Below are positions 44,441-60,907 of a DNA stretch of 64,000 nucleotides, piece by piece. The notes below the pieces were generated by a model that searched no databases, was not told the DNA's origin, and saw nothing but the letters and a program-made list of their open reading frames with translations. Made by a program: the position numbers and the translations under genes. Numbering within the stretch: position 1 is the first letter of the stretch; the number at the start of each line of letters is the position of its first letter. Source of the DNA: Eledone cirrhosa (Eukaryota); the NCBI GenBank assembly GCA_964016885.1, contig OZ024741.1, forward strand, positions 276,892,001 to 276,956,000, in the 5' to 3' direction.

Positions 44441-45372
44441 AGCAAAACATTCCAATTATGTTTGCATCATCACAAAACCAGGTCTTTGCACTTTTCTCCC
44501 CGTCCCCTCCACCTCCTCTTAAGTCTCCCACTCCTCCTCTTCCTTCTCCCACTTATCCCCTCCCCCCCCTCCCCCTCCTAATAATAACAACAACAATAAC
44601 GACAACAACAACGATGTTCCGTGTGATGAGCTATATTCAGGTGTTCTTTTATTTCCTTTCATGTTCCTACGAGAGAAGGGGGGGGGGGACTGGAATGGTA
44701 AGGGTGGCGGTGGGGGTGTTACATAGGAGCAGGAAGAAAATGAGTCTCTAGGGGGAAGGGGCATGACTAGACACGTAATGTTGTGTAGGCGGGCTGCTGC
44801 TGCTGCTGCTACTGCTGCTACTGCTGCTACTGCTGCTGTTTTGATTGTGTTTGTAAATAATGTTTATGGAATATGTAGACAGGTATTTGCACATATATAC
44901 ATACATTCATATATACATATATACATACATACATATATACATATATACATACATACATACATATATACATATATACATATATACATATATACATATATAC
45001 ATGCATCCACATATACATATATACATATATACATCCATACATATATACATATATACATATATACATACATACATATATACATATATACATACATACATAT
45101 ATACATATATACATATATACATATATACATGCATCCACATATACATACATGCATATATAAATATATACATATATACATATATACATGCATCCACATATAC
45201 ATATATACATATATACATATATACATATATACATATATACATACAGACATACAGACATATATACATACATACATATATACATATATACGTGCATCCACAT
45301 ATACATGCATGCATTCATACCTACATCCACACATACATACATACATCCACACATACATCCAAACATACATAC

Positions 45373-45758
45373 ATGGTGGCTGCCAACTCGTTTTCGAGTA
45401 CGGCCACTACTTTATATCCATGTAGGAGAACCCCTACCAATGCGCTGAACAAGTGTGACTTTTTAGTCCAGCCAGCGACTTGAAAACTCTGGTACAAACA
45501 CTACACTTGTGACAATTATTGACACATAGTGCTGGGCCCTTGGTACCATGTGACGACAAGTGCAGAGAGATCTCCAGATATAAAGCAATGCCTGTGCCGT
45601 GAAGCTTTTATAGTGAGCAAAGGCACTGCACAAAGCCAGTCCCACTCTCTTAACCAAGATGATATTTACCAAAAAGAAGAACAAGTCAACATCATTGGAT
45701 ACCATCAGGGTTGCAGGTGTTATATCAGAGTTTTCCTTCTCCTAGAATTCTGCCTTGC
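45373..45758 (-). mobile_element. Truncated copy of the ~600-bp (CATA)n element
   Basis: Matches 9997-10381; flanked by CATA repeats. Confidence 0.8.
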
Positions 45759-45895
45759 CATACATACATACATACATACATATATGCCCTCCATCATACA
45801 TGTATATATGTTTATGTGTATATATATATATATATGTGTGTATATGTACATGAACGTGTGTATATATATATATGTTTATATGTATATAAATGTGT

Positions 45896-45947
<52 letters not shown>

Positions 45948-46507
45948 ATGAATATATATATGTGTGTGTGTGGTCTGTGTGTATGTGTATCTGGTTTTTG
46001 TGTGTGTGCATGTGTGTGTGTATGAATATATATATATATATATATGTATGTATATGTATGTGTGTGTGTGTGTGTGGTCCGTGTGTATATGTATCTGTTT
46101 TTTGTGTGTGTGCATGTGTGGGTGTGGTCCGTGTGTATGTGTATCTGGTTTTTGTGTGTGTGCATGTGTGTGTGTGTGTGTGTGTGCATGTGTGTGTTTG
46201 TGTGTGTATGCATGTCTGTCTATGTGTGTATGTATATATATATGTATGTATGCATGTCTGTGTATATGTGTATATATAATAATACAAAATAGTGTAACTT
46301 GGAAATCCCCTTCTCCTCTCTTAACGTCCCATCTTACAAATAATCCCCGCCAGCACCATCATCACCGCCATGCCACCACCACCGCCGCCACCATCAATAT
46401 TAAAGCATTTAATCTGATGCGCCTAATGATTCTCTGCAATTATACATAATCCAAATGTAACGCCCCCCCACCCCACCTTCTCTCCCGACTAATATAGCCC
46501 CCACCCC

Positions 46508-46707
46508 NNNNNNNNNNNNNNNNNNNNNNNNNNNNNNNNNNNNNNNNNNNNNNNNNNNNNNNNNNNNNNNNNNNNNNNNNNNNNNNNNNNNNNNNNNNNN
46601 NNNNNNNNNNNNNNNNNNNNNNNNNNNNNNNNNNNNNNNNNNNNNNNNNNNNNNNNNNNNNNNNNNNNNNNNNNNNNNNNNNNNNNNNNNNNNNNNNNNN
46701 NNNNNNN
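46508..46707. other. Assembly gap (200 N)
   Basis: Run of n characters. Confidence 1.
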
Positions 46708-47811
46708 TTTTTTCTTTAAACTCATTTGTATAAAAATTTAATATAATGCTTACAGAACGAAAACACAAACAAATATAATATATATGCTGTAGCTTTCACC
46801 CTTACCGCTGCATCCAGGGTGTGGAAGAAGCAAGAGTCACTAACTGTGACGTCCCATTCACACAAATACACATACATTCACACAAACACACATTCACACA
46901 TATACATTTACACAAACACACACATACAGTAATGATAGCGTTCGGTAAATTGGAAATGGGAGGGTAAAAGTACAATTTTTTATCTATTTATTAACAACAC
47001 AGTTTAACTTTATTTTTTTTAAACTCATTTATATAAAAATTTAATATAATGATTACAGAACGAAAACACTAAGGAAAGGAAAAAAGAAAGAGAAAAATAC
47101 ACAAGCACGTAATACACACATCTTAGACCCCATAGAACAATATGCAGGCGAAAGAGTGAACAAGCGAGACGCTACCAGAGCAAAAGATAGCAATATAGCG
47201 AGGAGTACTGGGAAACCTCTCTAATAACTTTTGAGACAGGTTAGCACGCTCGCGGCGTTACCTGGGGTGATGGCGTGGCTGAGGTGCTGGATCAACCAAG
47301 TGCCCTCACGAGCATCACCAGTTACCTGGGGTGATGGCGAGCCGCCAGTGAAGATAAGAACCTCGCTGTCAGTAGCCCGACTCCCCCAATCGTCTCGAAC
47401 GCCACAGGCTGGATAATGTAGTTAGCTGACAGAACACCGTATTTTAGGATTTTGTTCCGTTCAGCTGCGGATGCTGTAGCTCTCGCCCTTACCGCTGCAT
47501 CCAGAATGTGGGAAGAAGCAAAAGAGTCACTAACTGTGACGTCCCAGGTAAGGCACCTGCCTCTTGACCAAATCTTTTCCCATCAATTCTGGACAACCCA
47601 GACAGTTCCAAAATTGAGGGGTTGTTTGCCCGGGCCAAATCTCTTGAGTGGTAATAGGACAGTGTGTGTATGTGTACGCGCGAGGTTTTCGGTGTTCTTA
47701 AATTAGAGACATGTGTGTGTGTGTCACTGTTTTTTAAGTTAGAGACATATATGTGTGTATCCCTTTCCTTCCTTTTACACACACATACATTCACACAAAC
47801 ACACAAACACA

Positions 47812-48437
47812 TTGTGTGATGGACGGGTGGACAGAAGTCCCTCAAATTTATATACATGTGGATGGAGTTCTACTGAAGCAGTTAGAGAAGTTCAAGTATC
47901 TTGGAGCCGTGTTCATGAGTGATGGAATGCAGGAGGCTGAATTAAGTGCAAGAATTGCAAAAGCTGCTGCAGTAAAGCGCCAGCCTCAGCATTCAGCAAT
48001 CAGATGAAGGGAGGTAGGTGTAAAAGCCAAACTCGTTGTCTTCCTGGTATTCCTGCCAACTCCTACTGAGGATCGCGAATCTTGAGTAATGACCAAAAGA
48101 ATAAAAGCAGCAGAAATGGGATTCCTCCGAAGGGTCTTTGGAGTAACGTTACTCGAGAAAGTGCATAGCTCAGAGACCAGAGAGTCACTCCTGGCAGAGC
48201 CGCTACTTCTTCGAATTGAGAGATCACAACTCCGATATTACCGATATTATGAGCATGTGGTTAGAATGCCCCAGTAAAGAATCGCTGGATACATTTTACA
48301 GGCAAAACCAACCATCAAGAGTCCCAGAGGTAGACCCTGAGCAAGATAGTTGGACAATGTCCATGAGCTTGGCTGGGATCCAGCTGCATCAGTTAGAGAT
48401 GTTTGCTTCTGACAGACTCGTTGGAATGAGTGTTTGA
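47812..48437 (+). pseudogene. Decayed RTE-type LINE 3' fragment
   Basis: LKQLEKFKYLGAVF, IKAAEMGFLRRV, IERSQLR..HVVRM. Confidence 0.75.
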
Positions 48438-48509
48438 AGGTAGCTGAAGAAGTAAAGATGCAGTTGGGTCTGTATCTTATATAACTGTAATTCTGTGAGC
48501 ATTTTTCTT

Positions 48510-48568
<59 letters not shown>

Positions 48569-48572
<4 letters not shown>

Positions 48573-48844
48573 GAACCTCTCATCCCGAACAAATCGGTTG
48601 ACGAATTGTCTCGAACACGAACACGTTAGCCGGCAACAACGGCTGGAGTATCGGCAGGAAAGCGTCACTTGCTATGTAGTTAGTTACTATGGTGATATCT
48701 ATCTGTTTTTCACATAGTCTCTCTCTTATTGTATTTCTCTCCCTCCAAATTTTGTATAGCCAAAATAATTTCGATTTACGAACATTTCGGGTGAGGAATG
48801 GCTTTCAGGAACGAATTATGTTCGGTAACTGTGGTTCCATTGCA
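48569..48844. mobile_element. Tigger/pogo-like MITE remnant (partial duplicate at 51000-51240)
   Basis: Ends (C)AGTGGAAC... and ...GGTTCCATTG; internal sequence repeated at 51000. Confidence 0.55.
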
Positions 48845-48848
48845 TTAT

Positions 48849-48928
<80 letters not shown>

Positions 48929-49249
48929 TGCGGGTCTTCCGTCTTTTTCGACGATGAAGATTTAGTGGTTCAGTTCTTCCGTTAACTGAACTAACTACTC
49001 GTTATATTAACATGTAATTGACTGAATATTCCACAGACACGAGTATCCTTAACATAATATTTAGTCAAAGTCAACGTGAACAATGTGACAAGTCTAGAAC
49101 TTTGAATTCCATGTCATGTGACCGAACATAGATCCTCATGATTGAAACTTGAAGTTCTTAACCACTGATATGTAATCGATCACAACTGACCTGGGACTAA
49201 ACACAAAACGCAACATTATTAACACCAACACCAAAATCAATATTCACAC

Positions 49250-49760
49250 CAGCAGCCACCACTACCATCACAATCACCTCCACTACCACCAACACCACCA
49301 CCAACACCACCACCACTACCACCACCAGCATCGCAGCAACCACCACTACCATCACAATCACCTCCACTACCACCAACACCACCACCAACACCACCACCAC
49401 CGCCACCACCAGCATCACAGCAACCACCACTACCATCACAATCACCTCCACTACCACCAACACCACCACCAACACCACCACCACTACCACCACCAACACC
49501 ACCACCACTATCACCACCAGCATCACAGCAGCCACCACTACCATCACAATCACCTCCACTACCACCAACACCACCACCAACACCACCACCACTACCACGA
49601 CCACTAAGACCACCACTACCACCACCAGCATCACAGCAGCCATCTCCAATATCACAATCACCTCCACTACCACCAACACCACCACCAACACCACCACCAC
49701 TACCACCACCACCACGACCACCACTACCACCACCAGCATCACAGCAGCCATCTCCACTAT
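49250..49760. repeat. ACC-rich ~80-bp tandem repeat
   Basis: Recurrent ATCACAATCACCTCCACTACCACCAACACC. Confidence 0.8.
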
Positions 49761-49958
49761 CACCCCCACCCTACACCAGCAACATTGTCATCACCATCAT
49801 TATCACCACCAGCCCTATCACTATCACCAACACCAACAACATCACCACCACCAGCAGCTACATGACCGCCATTGCCATAAGCAACACTATCACCAGCAAC
49901 ATCACCACCACCAGCACAACCAGATCTATTCTCCACTCACAAGATACCTCTCTCTCTC

Positions 49959-49992
<34 letters not shown>

Positions 49993-50217
49993 AATCTTTT
50001 CTCTTTCTCACTTTTTCGAATAAACACACACAGACATACCCCCCCCCCCCCACAGAGGAACAAGTGAACCCAAACACTCCAATGAACCTATCTTCAAACA
50101 TTAACACCTTCCACCTCCCACCATGTCTATTACCTAACCACGATGAATAATCAACCTCCTCTCCCCAGGGCCCACCCCGACTAGTCTGTCTCCACCCCAC
50201 CCCTCTACCTAACATCC

Positions 50218-50287
50218 TTGAATCTCATCGATACAGTCTACTGCAGCGACACCAGTGAGACATTCCATCACTTGTTGCTACATCAAC
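50218..50287 (-). ncRNA. Conserved hairpin family, copy 7 (X type)
   Basis: Plus strand TTGAATCTCATCGATACAGTCTACTGCAGCGACACCAGTGAGACATTCCATCACTTGTTGCTACATCAAC. Confidence 0.5.
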
Positions 50288-50650
50288 TTGTCTTCGACCG
50301 GGACGGCTCCTTAGACAAATAGATGAATATCTCTATATATCTATATATATATCTATATAAATGAGAGGTATAGAGATTGTTTTAGCAAGAAGCTAACGGC
50401 ATTCTATAACATATATGCGACTATATGTATGTATAAACAATATATTAACAAATGGAAACTATATTTATAAAACCATATATATTTCATTATACATATTTCA
50501 AGGGCCACCAGAGCAAACTAAGGTGCGCTTTCATCAGATAAAATATAATATAGGTTAGTTTTATAAATAAATATTGACATACCCTTAAAAAATGGAACCA
50601 TTCTGGTTGGAATCTCCTGAATAGTATCCCAACAAATTAAATATAACCTC

Positions 50651-50695
<45 letters not shown>

Positions 50696-50711
50696 ATACA
50701 TGTATATATAC

Positions 50712-50756
<45 letters not shown>

Positions 50757-50761
50757 TATAC

Positions 50762-50855
<94 letters not shown>

Positions 50856-50965
50856 GTAGGAGGTGAGTTTTATTGTAGTACAATAAAGCAATGCAGATAT
50901 CGGATAAGAAGCACTCTACAGTTTGTAGGACTGGAGTATACATAATATATAAGATCTTTTGATCT

Positions 50966-51003
<38 letters not shown>

Positions 51004-51338
51004 GAACTACGGTTCACGAACGCCTCTCATCCCGAACAAATCAGTTGAATAATGGTGCCTCGAGTACACGGAAGCCTGCAACAACAGTTGACAACAAGCT
51101 GGGAGTATCGGTAGGAAAGTATCACTTGCTGTGTAGTTAGTTACTATGGTGATATCTATCTGTTCTCTCACACACAGTCTCTCTCTCTTATTGTATTTCT
51201 CTCTCTCAAAATTTCGTGTAGGAAAAATAATTTCGGTTTACTTCAATACCCAAATCAATATTCCTACCACAACACAACCATCATTATCACCACCACCACC
51301 AACACCACCACCCTGTTCCTTTCCCGTTTTTTTCGAAT

Positions 51339-51391
<53 letters not shown>

Positions 51392-51801
51392 CACACACAC
51401 ACACACATCCATACGCATACACTGCCACCACATCGAACATTGTCCATCACTGACAATCTACCCACCCTCTCGTTATATATATATATATATCTGCCTCTAA
51501 AAGTCTTTCTTTCTTTCAGCTTCTCCCACTCTTCCAAACAGACACACATACACTGAGGCACCCCCACACACACACTCCACCACACACACAGACATACAGA
51601 TAGAGACACACACAAACACAAACAAACACACAAACACAGAGGAAAAAGTGAACCCAAACACTCCAATGAACCTATCTTCAAACATTAACACTTTTCCACC
51701 TCCCACCATGTCTATTAAATAACCACGATGAATAATCAACCTCCTCTCCCCAGGGCCCACCCGACTAGTCTGTCCCCATCCCGCCTCTCTACCTAACATC
51801 C

Positions 51802-51871
51802 TTGAATCTCATCGATACAGTCAACTGCAGCGACACCAGTGAGACATTCCATCACTTGTTGCTACATCAAC
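51802..51871 (-). ncRNA. Conserved hairpin family, copy 8 (X type)
   Basis: One substitution relative to copy 7. Confidence 0.5.
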
Positions 51872-51931
51872 ATCCCACCACTTGTCTTCGACCGGGACGG
51901 TTGCTTAGACACACCCACACAAATATATATA

Positions 51932-52088
51932 TTTTTACTTTTGGGACAAGGCCAGCAATTATCCCATATTTTATCGACTCCGTAAGGATGGAAGGCAAAG
52001 TTAACCTCGGCGGGATTTGAATTCAGACCATAAAGAGGCATAACTCTATGCTGCAAAACATGGCGTCCGGCCTTCTACCGATACTGCG
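51932..52088 (-). mobile_element. tRNA-derived SINE (internally deleted)
   Basis: SINE core in reverse orientation. Confidence 0.75.
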
Positions 52089-52220
52089 AAATCTTAGGTC
52101 TTCATTACTTTTATTGAGGTGTGACGCGCGTTTCGCGATTGATCAGCTCAAGGTCCGATCTGTATCGATCCGGCGACTCTGGAATCAAAAGCTCGTCGCA
52201 CTTCTATTATCGTAATAACA

Positions 52221-52301
<81 letters not shown>

Positions 52302-52394
52302 AAAGTACAGCATATTCGAACTTCGAGTAGCAGCTAAGCCGACAAATGCCTTCAGCAGTGCAGCAAAGCACTCGACAAGGTATAGACCTCAGGG

Positions 52395-52435
<41 letters not shown>

Positions 52436-52698
52436 TTGTGTGTTGTGTACATTTGTGATCATAGTATATGAATGTATATTTGCATGTGCATATACACCTC
52501 TATACTTTGAATGTGTGTACATGTATGTTCATATATACAGACAGAGAGATCGGCTTTCTATCATCTCCCACTGAATCTATATCTATAGTTAATCCCTTCC
52601 CAATCATCAATTCATCACCCTACCCACCACCCACCCCGTCCTGACTAATATGCATACCCCCTCCACCACGACCATCACCACCCTCTACTAAGCCATCC

Positions 52699-52776
52699 TT
52701 CAATCTCATTGAACCATTCAGTCAATGACAGCGACATCAGAGAGAGAAACATTCCAATACTTGTTGCAGCATCAAA
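52699..52776 (-). ncRNA. Conserved hairpin family, copy 9 (Y type)
   Basis: Plus strand TTCAATCTCATTGAACCATTCAGTCAATGACAGCGACATCAGAGAGAGAAACATTCCAATACTTGTTGCAGCATCAAA; flanks homologous to copy 6. Confidence 0.45.
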
Positions 52777-52835
52777 TGATTAAAATATCACAAACGTTCG
52801 TTTTATAAATGACAAGCTTTTAGAGACATATATGT

Positions 52836-52908
<73 letters not shown>

Positions 52909-52944
52909 TATATATATATATTTATTTATTTATTCATATATATA

Positions 52945-53067
52945 CAAGGAGGCCCAAAAGTCGCAATACATAAGAAATGTTTAAGTTACCATATTTATTT
53001 ATTTTGAATAAATTGTTTCTTATAAAACATAATTATTTTCTTTATGTATCGCGACTTTTGGGCCACC

Positions 53068-53070
<3 letters not shown>
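52945..53070. mobile_element. Tc1/mariner-type MITE (duplicate at 61781-61904)
   Basis: TIRs CA(A/G)GGAGGCCCAAAAGTCGCAATACA / TGTATCGCGACTTTTGGGCCACCCTG at a TA site. Confidence 0.75.
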
Positions 53071-53140
<70 letters not shown>

Positions 53141-53587
53141 CGTGCGCGCGCGCGTGTGTGTGTGTGTGTGTATGTGTGTTATTTGACCAGAAATATTGCT
53201 GGAAAAGGTGACTAGTTTTTTCTAATTAAAAGGGCCAGCCTTGTCTCACAATGTGTCAAGCTGGATCTCACTAAGTTACTGCCAAGTCGTAATCTATTTC
53301 GAGACATTCACCGTATATTTCACATGAATATATACGTACATACTCACAAACTGAGAAGGGGAGGGGAGAAATTGAGAGAGAGGGACAGAGAGAGTTGTAG
53401 AGACTGGTCTTTCAAGTGTAATCATACTTTAATGTGCGAAATTGCACGTCAGAAGTTGGCTGCGCCTCTTATATAACTGTATTCCTGTGTTTAGACAACT
53501 GATGAAGGGAAAATGTCCATCTCTTGTTTGTGTCCCTTTACTTTCTAACACTCGTATTAGTAACCACACAGCCTCGTCCCTCTCAAT

Positions 53588-53671
<84 letters not shown>

Positions 53672-54549
53672 TGCGGGACTTCCCTCCTTTTCGACGATGA
53701 TCATTTAGTTGTTTAGTTGTTTCGTTAATTGAATTAACTACCCGTTATATTACATGTAATTGACTGAATATTCCACAGACACGAGTATCCTTAACTCTAG
53801 TCAAATTGAACGTGAACAATCTGTCATGTCTAGAACTTTGAATTTCATGTCATGTGATTGAACATAGATCCTCTTGATTGAACCTTGAATTTCTTAACTT
53901 ATTAGCACCAACACCAAAATCAATATTCACACCACCACCACCACCAACACCACAGTCACCTCCACTACTCCCATCAGCATCACCACCAGCAGCAACATCA
54001 CCCCTACAACCACCACCAATACTATGACCAGAAACATCACGCCCACCAGTACAGCCACCCTATTCACCACACACAAGACCTCCCCGCCCCCTCAATCTCT
54101 TTCTATATCTCTGTCCCTCTCCCACCTTTTCGAATAAATACTCGCACAAACACACAAACACACACACACACACAAACACACATACACACACACACACTCA
54201 CACACACACGCCCCAAATCACAAACACACAAACACACATACACACACACACACGCCCCAAATCACAAACACACAAACACACATATACACACACACACTCA
54301 CACACACACACATAAACACACACACACATACACACACGCACACACACACACACAAACACACACACAGACATTTTCCCCATCCAAACAAACACACAAACAC
54401 AGAGGAAAAATTGAACCCAAACACTTCAAACATTAACACTTTTCCACCTCCCACCATGTCTATTACCTAACCACGATGAATAATCAACCTCCTCTCCCCA
54501 GGGCCCACCCGACTAGTCTGTCTCCACCCCACCCCTCTACCTAACATCC

Positions 54550-54620
54550 TTGAATCTCATCGATACAGTCTACTACAGCGACACCAGTGAGACATTCCAT
54601 CACTTGTTGCTAGCATCAAC
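54550..54620 (-). ncRNA. Conserved hairpin family, copy 10 (X type)
   Basis: CTACAGCGACACCAGTGAGACATTCCATCACTTGTTGCTAGCATCAAC on the plus strand. Confidence 0.5.
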
Positions 54621-54932
54621 ATCCCACCACTTGTCTTCGACCGGGACGGCTCCTTAGACAGATAGATGATTTTATATATATATATATATATAATATATAT
54701 ATATATATACATATTTAGACAGATTTCTTCATACATATATATATATAATATATAAGATCAAAAGATGGTTAAAAGAGTTCCATGTATTTATTTAACCATC
54801 TTTTGATCTTATATATTATGTATACTCCAGTCCTACAAACTGTAGAGTACTTCTTATTCGATATCTGCATTGCTTTATTGTACTACAATAAAACTCACCT
54901 CCTACATATATATATATATATATATGAATAAA

Positions 54933-54992
<60 letters not shown>

Positions 54993-55228
54993 TTATTAAA
55001 AAAATAATGAATAAAAAAATAATGAATAAACAAAGAAACAGTTCCTTATATTAAAAAAACTGTTTCTTTGTTTATTCATTATTTTTTTAATAACTTATCT
55101 TGACTCTGTTTTCCTTTTTAATTTTCACCGAAAGTAGTTTTTGAATGCATCTTCTCTTTTCATGATATCCGGATTTCATTGAGTTCTTCATACGGATTGG
55201 ACACTACCGTAACCTTTTGGTAGATTTA

Positions 55229-55266
<38 letters not shown>

Positions 55267-55392
55267 AATAAATCTGTATATATGTATATATGTGTATATA
55301 TATATATGTGGTCACAGTGTATGAATGTATAATTGCATGAGCATATAATATATACTTCCATATACGTCTCCATAGATTGAATGTGTATGTTC

Positions 55393-55423
<31 letters not shown>

Positions 55424-55671
55424 AACACACAGAGAGAAAGGTAGACATTCTATCATCTGTCCGTGTTGTTTGCTCTGATCAGAGCAAACAACACGGACAC
55501 TCTATCTCAAAATTATTTTTGAAAAGCATTTAGAAATGCGCAACCGGTAAAAAACTTTCAAACTTAAAACCACAACTCAATACTAACCCATACAATCACT
55601 AATACTCTTTCATTCCTAATTAAACCATTTTTCAACTGTGAACAATTTGTCAGCATTTTCTATTCCGTTTA

Positions 55672-55733
<62 letters not shown>

Positions 55734-56020
55734 TATATATAGATATATATGATAATAATAATTGTTTCTACTTTTAGCACAAGGCCAGCAATTATTCAAG
55801 TGCATTACTGGTACTTTATTTTATGGACGCCTTTCAGCTCGAGGCGCGATCGATCCTGACTCTGGAATCGGTAGCTCGTAAGATATCTGTTCACATGTAG
55901 ACTATTATTATTATTATTATTGATGCTCTCTTCCCCCCGTGCTCATCGAGTGCTCATCATGGCATACCCCCTACGGGCGCAATTAATTTGCCCCTCTAAT
56001 ACCTATATATATGTGTGTGT

Positions 56021-56101
<81 letters not shown>

Positions 56102-56716
56102 TGAGTGTGTTATTTGACCAGACATATTGCTGGAAAAGGTGACTACTTGTTTCTAATTAAAAGGGCCAGCCTTGTCACACAATGTGTCAAGCTGGATCTA
56201 TTTCGAGAGACGTCCACCGGGCTCTCCAAAATATACAGGAGAAAGCCTGTTCTTTTCATGTATTCTCTCCTATATATATATACATACAAATATATATAGT
56301 GTTAGAAAGTACAGGGACACAAACAAGAGATGGACATTTCCCCTTCATCCGTTGTCTACTACGGGTCACAAATGTTTCAACGCATTAAAAAAACATCTGT
56401 GACCCTTAATAGACAATTGATGAAGGGAAAATGTCCATCTCTTGTTTGTGTCCCTTTACTTTCTAACACTCGTATTAGTAACCACACAGCCTTGTCCCTC
56501 TCAATCCATATATATACATATATATACTTAATATATTAACAGAGAAAGCTAATAGAGACACTCCGACCAACTCCCATCTCACTCAACAAAGATTAGGAAA
56601 TACCTAAGTATATTCCCAATTATACGTTTGAAAATGATTGGAAATTTATACCATGCCTTCGGATCTTTATTTTGATATATATATATATATACATATATGT
56701 ATGTATATATATATAC

Positions 56717-56822
<106 letters not shown>

Positions 56823-56933
56823 GGATATGTGTTCCTTCACGCACAAGGCGCTAAGGGACGCATGTATTGTCCAACCAAATGCCAATGTGGCTCAATGGCA
56901 GGTTAATAAATTAACGAGCCAGAACATATATAT

Positions 56934-58950
<2,017 letters not shown>

Positions 58951-59269
58951 ACAACTATATATATATATATGTATATATATATGTATATATATATATATAT
59001 GGTGCGGGACTTCCCTCCTTTTCGACGATGATCATTTAGTTGTTCAGTTGTTCCGTTAATTGAATTAACTACCCGTTATATTACATGTAATTGACTGAAT
59101 ATTCCACAGACACGAGTATCCTTAACTCTAATCAAATTCAAAGTGAACAATCTGACAAGTCTAGAACTTTGAATTTCATGTCATGTGATTGAACATAGAT
59201 CCTCATGATTGAACCTTGAATTTCTTAACTTATTAGCACCAACACCAAAATCAATATTCACACCACCAC

Positions 59270-59570
59270 CACCACCACCACCACCAACACCACAGTCACC
59301 TCCACTACTCCCACCAGCACCATCACCAACAACACCATCACCACCACCAACATCCCAGTCACCTCCACTACTCCCACCAGCACCATCACCAACAACACCA
59401 TCACCACCACCAACATCCCAGTCACCTCCACTACTCCCACCAGCACCATCACCAACAACACCATCACCACCACCAACATCCCAGTCACCTCCACTACACC
59501 CACCAGCACCATCACCAACAACACCATCACCACCACCACCAACATCACAGTCACCTCCACTATTCCAACC
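59270..59570. repeat. 63-bp tandem repeat (~4.5 copies; reads PPPTSQSPPLLPPAPSPTTPS)
   Basis: Direct repeats of CAGTCACCTCCACTACTCCCACCAGCACCATCACCAACAACACCATCACC; a single unit is present in the paralogous block near 53945. Confidence 0.85.
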
Positions 59571-60321
59571 AGCACCATTACCAACAACAACCACCAGAAG
59601 CAACATGACCACCACAGCCACCACCAACGCTATCACCAACAACAACACCACCACCACCATCACAGCCACCCCAATTCACCACACACAAGACACCCTCGCC
59701 CTCTCTCTCTCTCTCTCTCTCTCTCTTGCAATCTCTTTCTATTTATCTGTCCCTCTCCCACCTTTTCGAATAAATACTCGCACAAACACACGCACACACA
59801 CACACACACAAACACACAAACACACATACACACACACACACTCACACACACACATAAACACACACACACAAACACACATAAACACACACTCACACACACG
59901 CACACACAAACACACACACACACATACACACAAGCACACACACAAACACACACACACATGCACACACACACACAAACACACATAAACACACAAACACATA
60001 TACACACACGCACGCACACACACACAAATACACATACACACACACACACAAACACACAAACACACACATACACACACGCACGCACACACAAACACACACA
60101 CATACATACACACACACACACAAACACGCAGACATTTTTCCCATCCAAACAGACACAGAGGAACAAGTGAACCCAAACACTCCAATGAACCTATCTTCAA
60201 ACATTAACACTCTTCCACCTCCCACCATGTCTATTACCTAACCACGATGAATAATCAACCTCCTCTCCCCAGTCCCCACCCCGACTAGTCTGTCTCCACC
60301 CCACCCCTCTACCTAACATCC

Positions 60322-60391
60322 TTGAATCTCATCGATACAGTCTACTGCAGCGACACCAGTGAGACATTCCATCACTTGTTGCTACATCAAC
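60322..60391 (-). ncRNA. Conserved hairpin family, copy 11 (X type)
   Basis: Same core as copy 7. Confidence 0.5.
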
Positions 60392-60515
60392 ATCCCACCA
60401 CTTGTCTTCGACCGGGACGGTTGCTTAGACAGATATATGATTTTATATATATGTATATATATATATATGAATAAATCTGTCTCTCTCTACACACATATAT
60501 ATATGAATAAATCTG

Positions 60516-60590
<75 letters not shown>

Positions 60591-60719
60591 ATCTTTTTCC
60601 ATTTATCTGAGGCTTCTAAACCCCATTATCAGGCTAAAATTCCTTTAGTCAAAAATACGGTGAAAGCTATTCTATTTTTCTAATTTCAAACCTGCTCACT
60701 GTTTAAAAACATACTTACT

Positions 60720-60769
<50 letters not shown>

Positions 60770-60907
60770 CAAAGGGATTATGATAAGGAACCAGATGGAC
60801 CATAACGCACCAGAGTACTCAATACTTAGGGTAGTAGAGTGGGAATAGGAAAAATTATGACCCCGACGGCAGAGCTCAAGCCGTTTCGACGGCTATTTCT
60901 GGACCTT

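Noticed and set aside
46708-47070. Rearranged duplicates of 47012-47070, 47470-47548 and 47770-47810
   Set aside because: Adjacent to the N gap and probably an assembly artefact
53495-53530. CTGATGAAGGG as a hammerhead
   Set aside because: No stem II closure followed by GAAA and a cleavage triplet
59209-59985. 258-aa proline-rich ORF
   Set aside because: Built from a local 63-bp expansion plus CT/CA microsatellites; paralogous units do not keep the repeat
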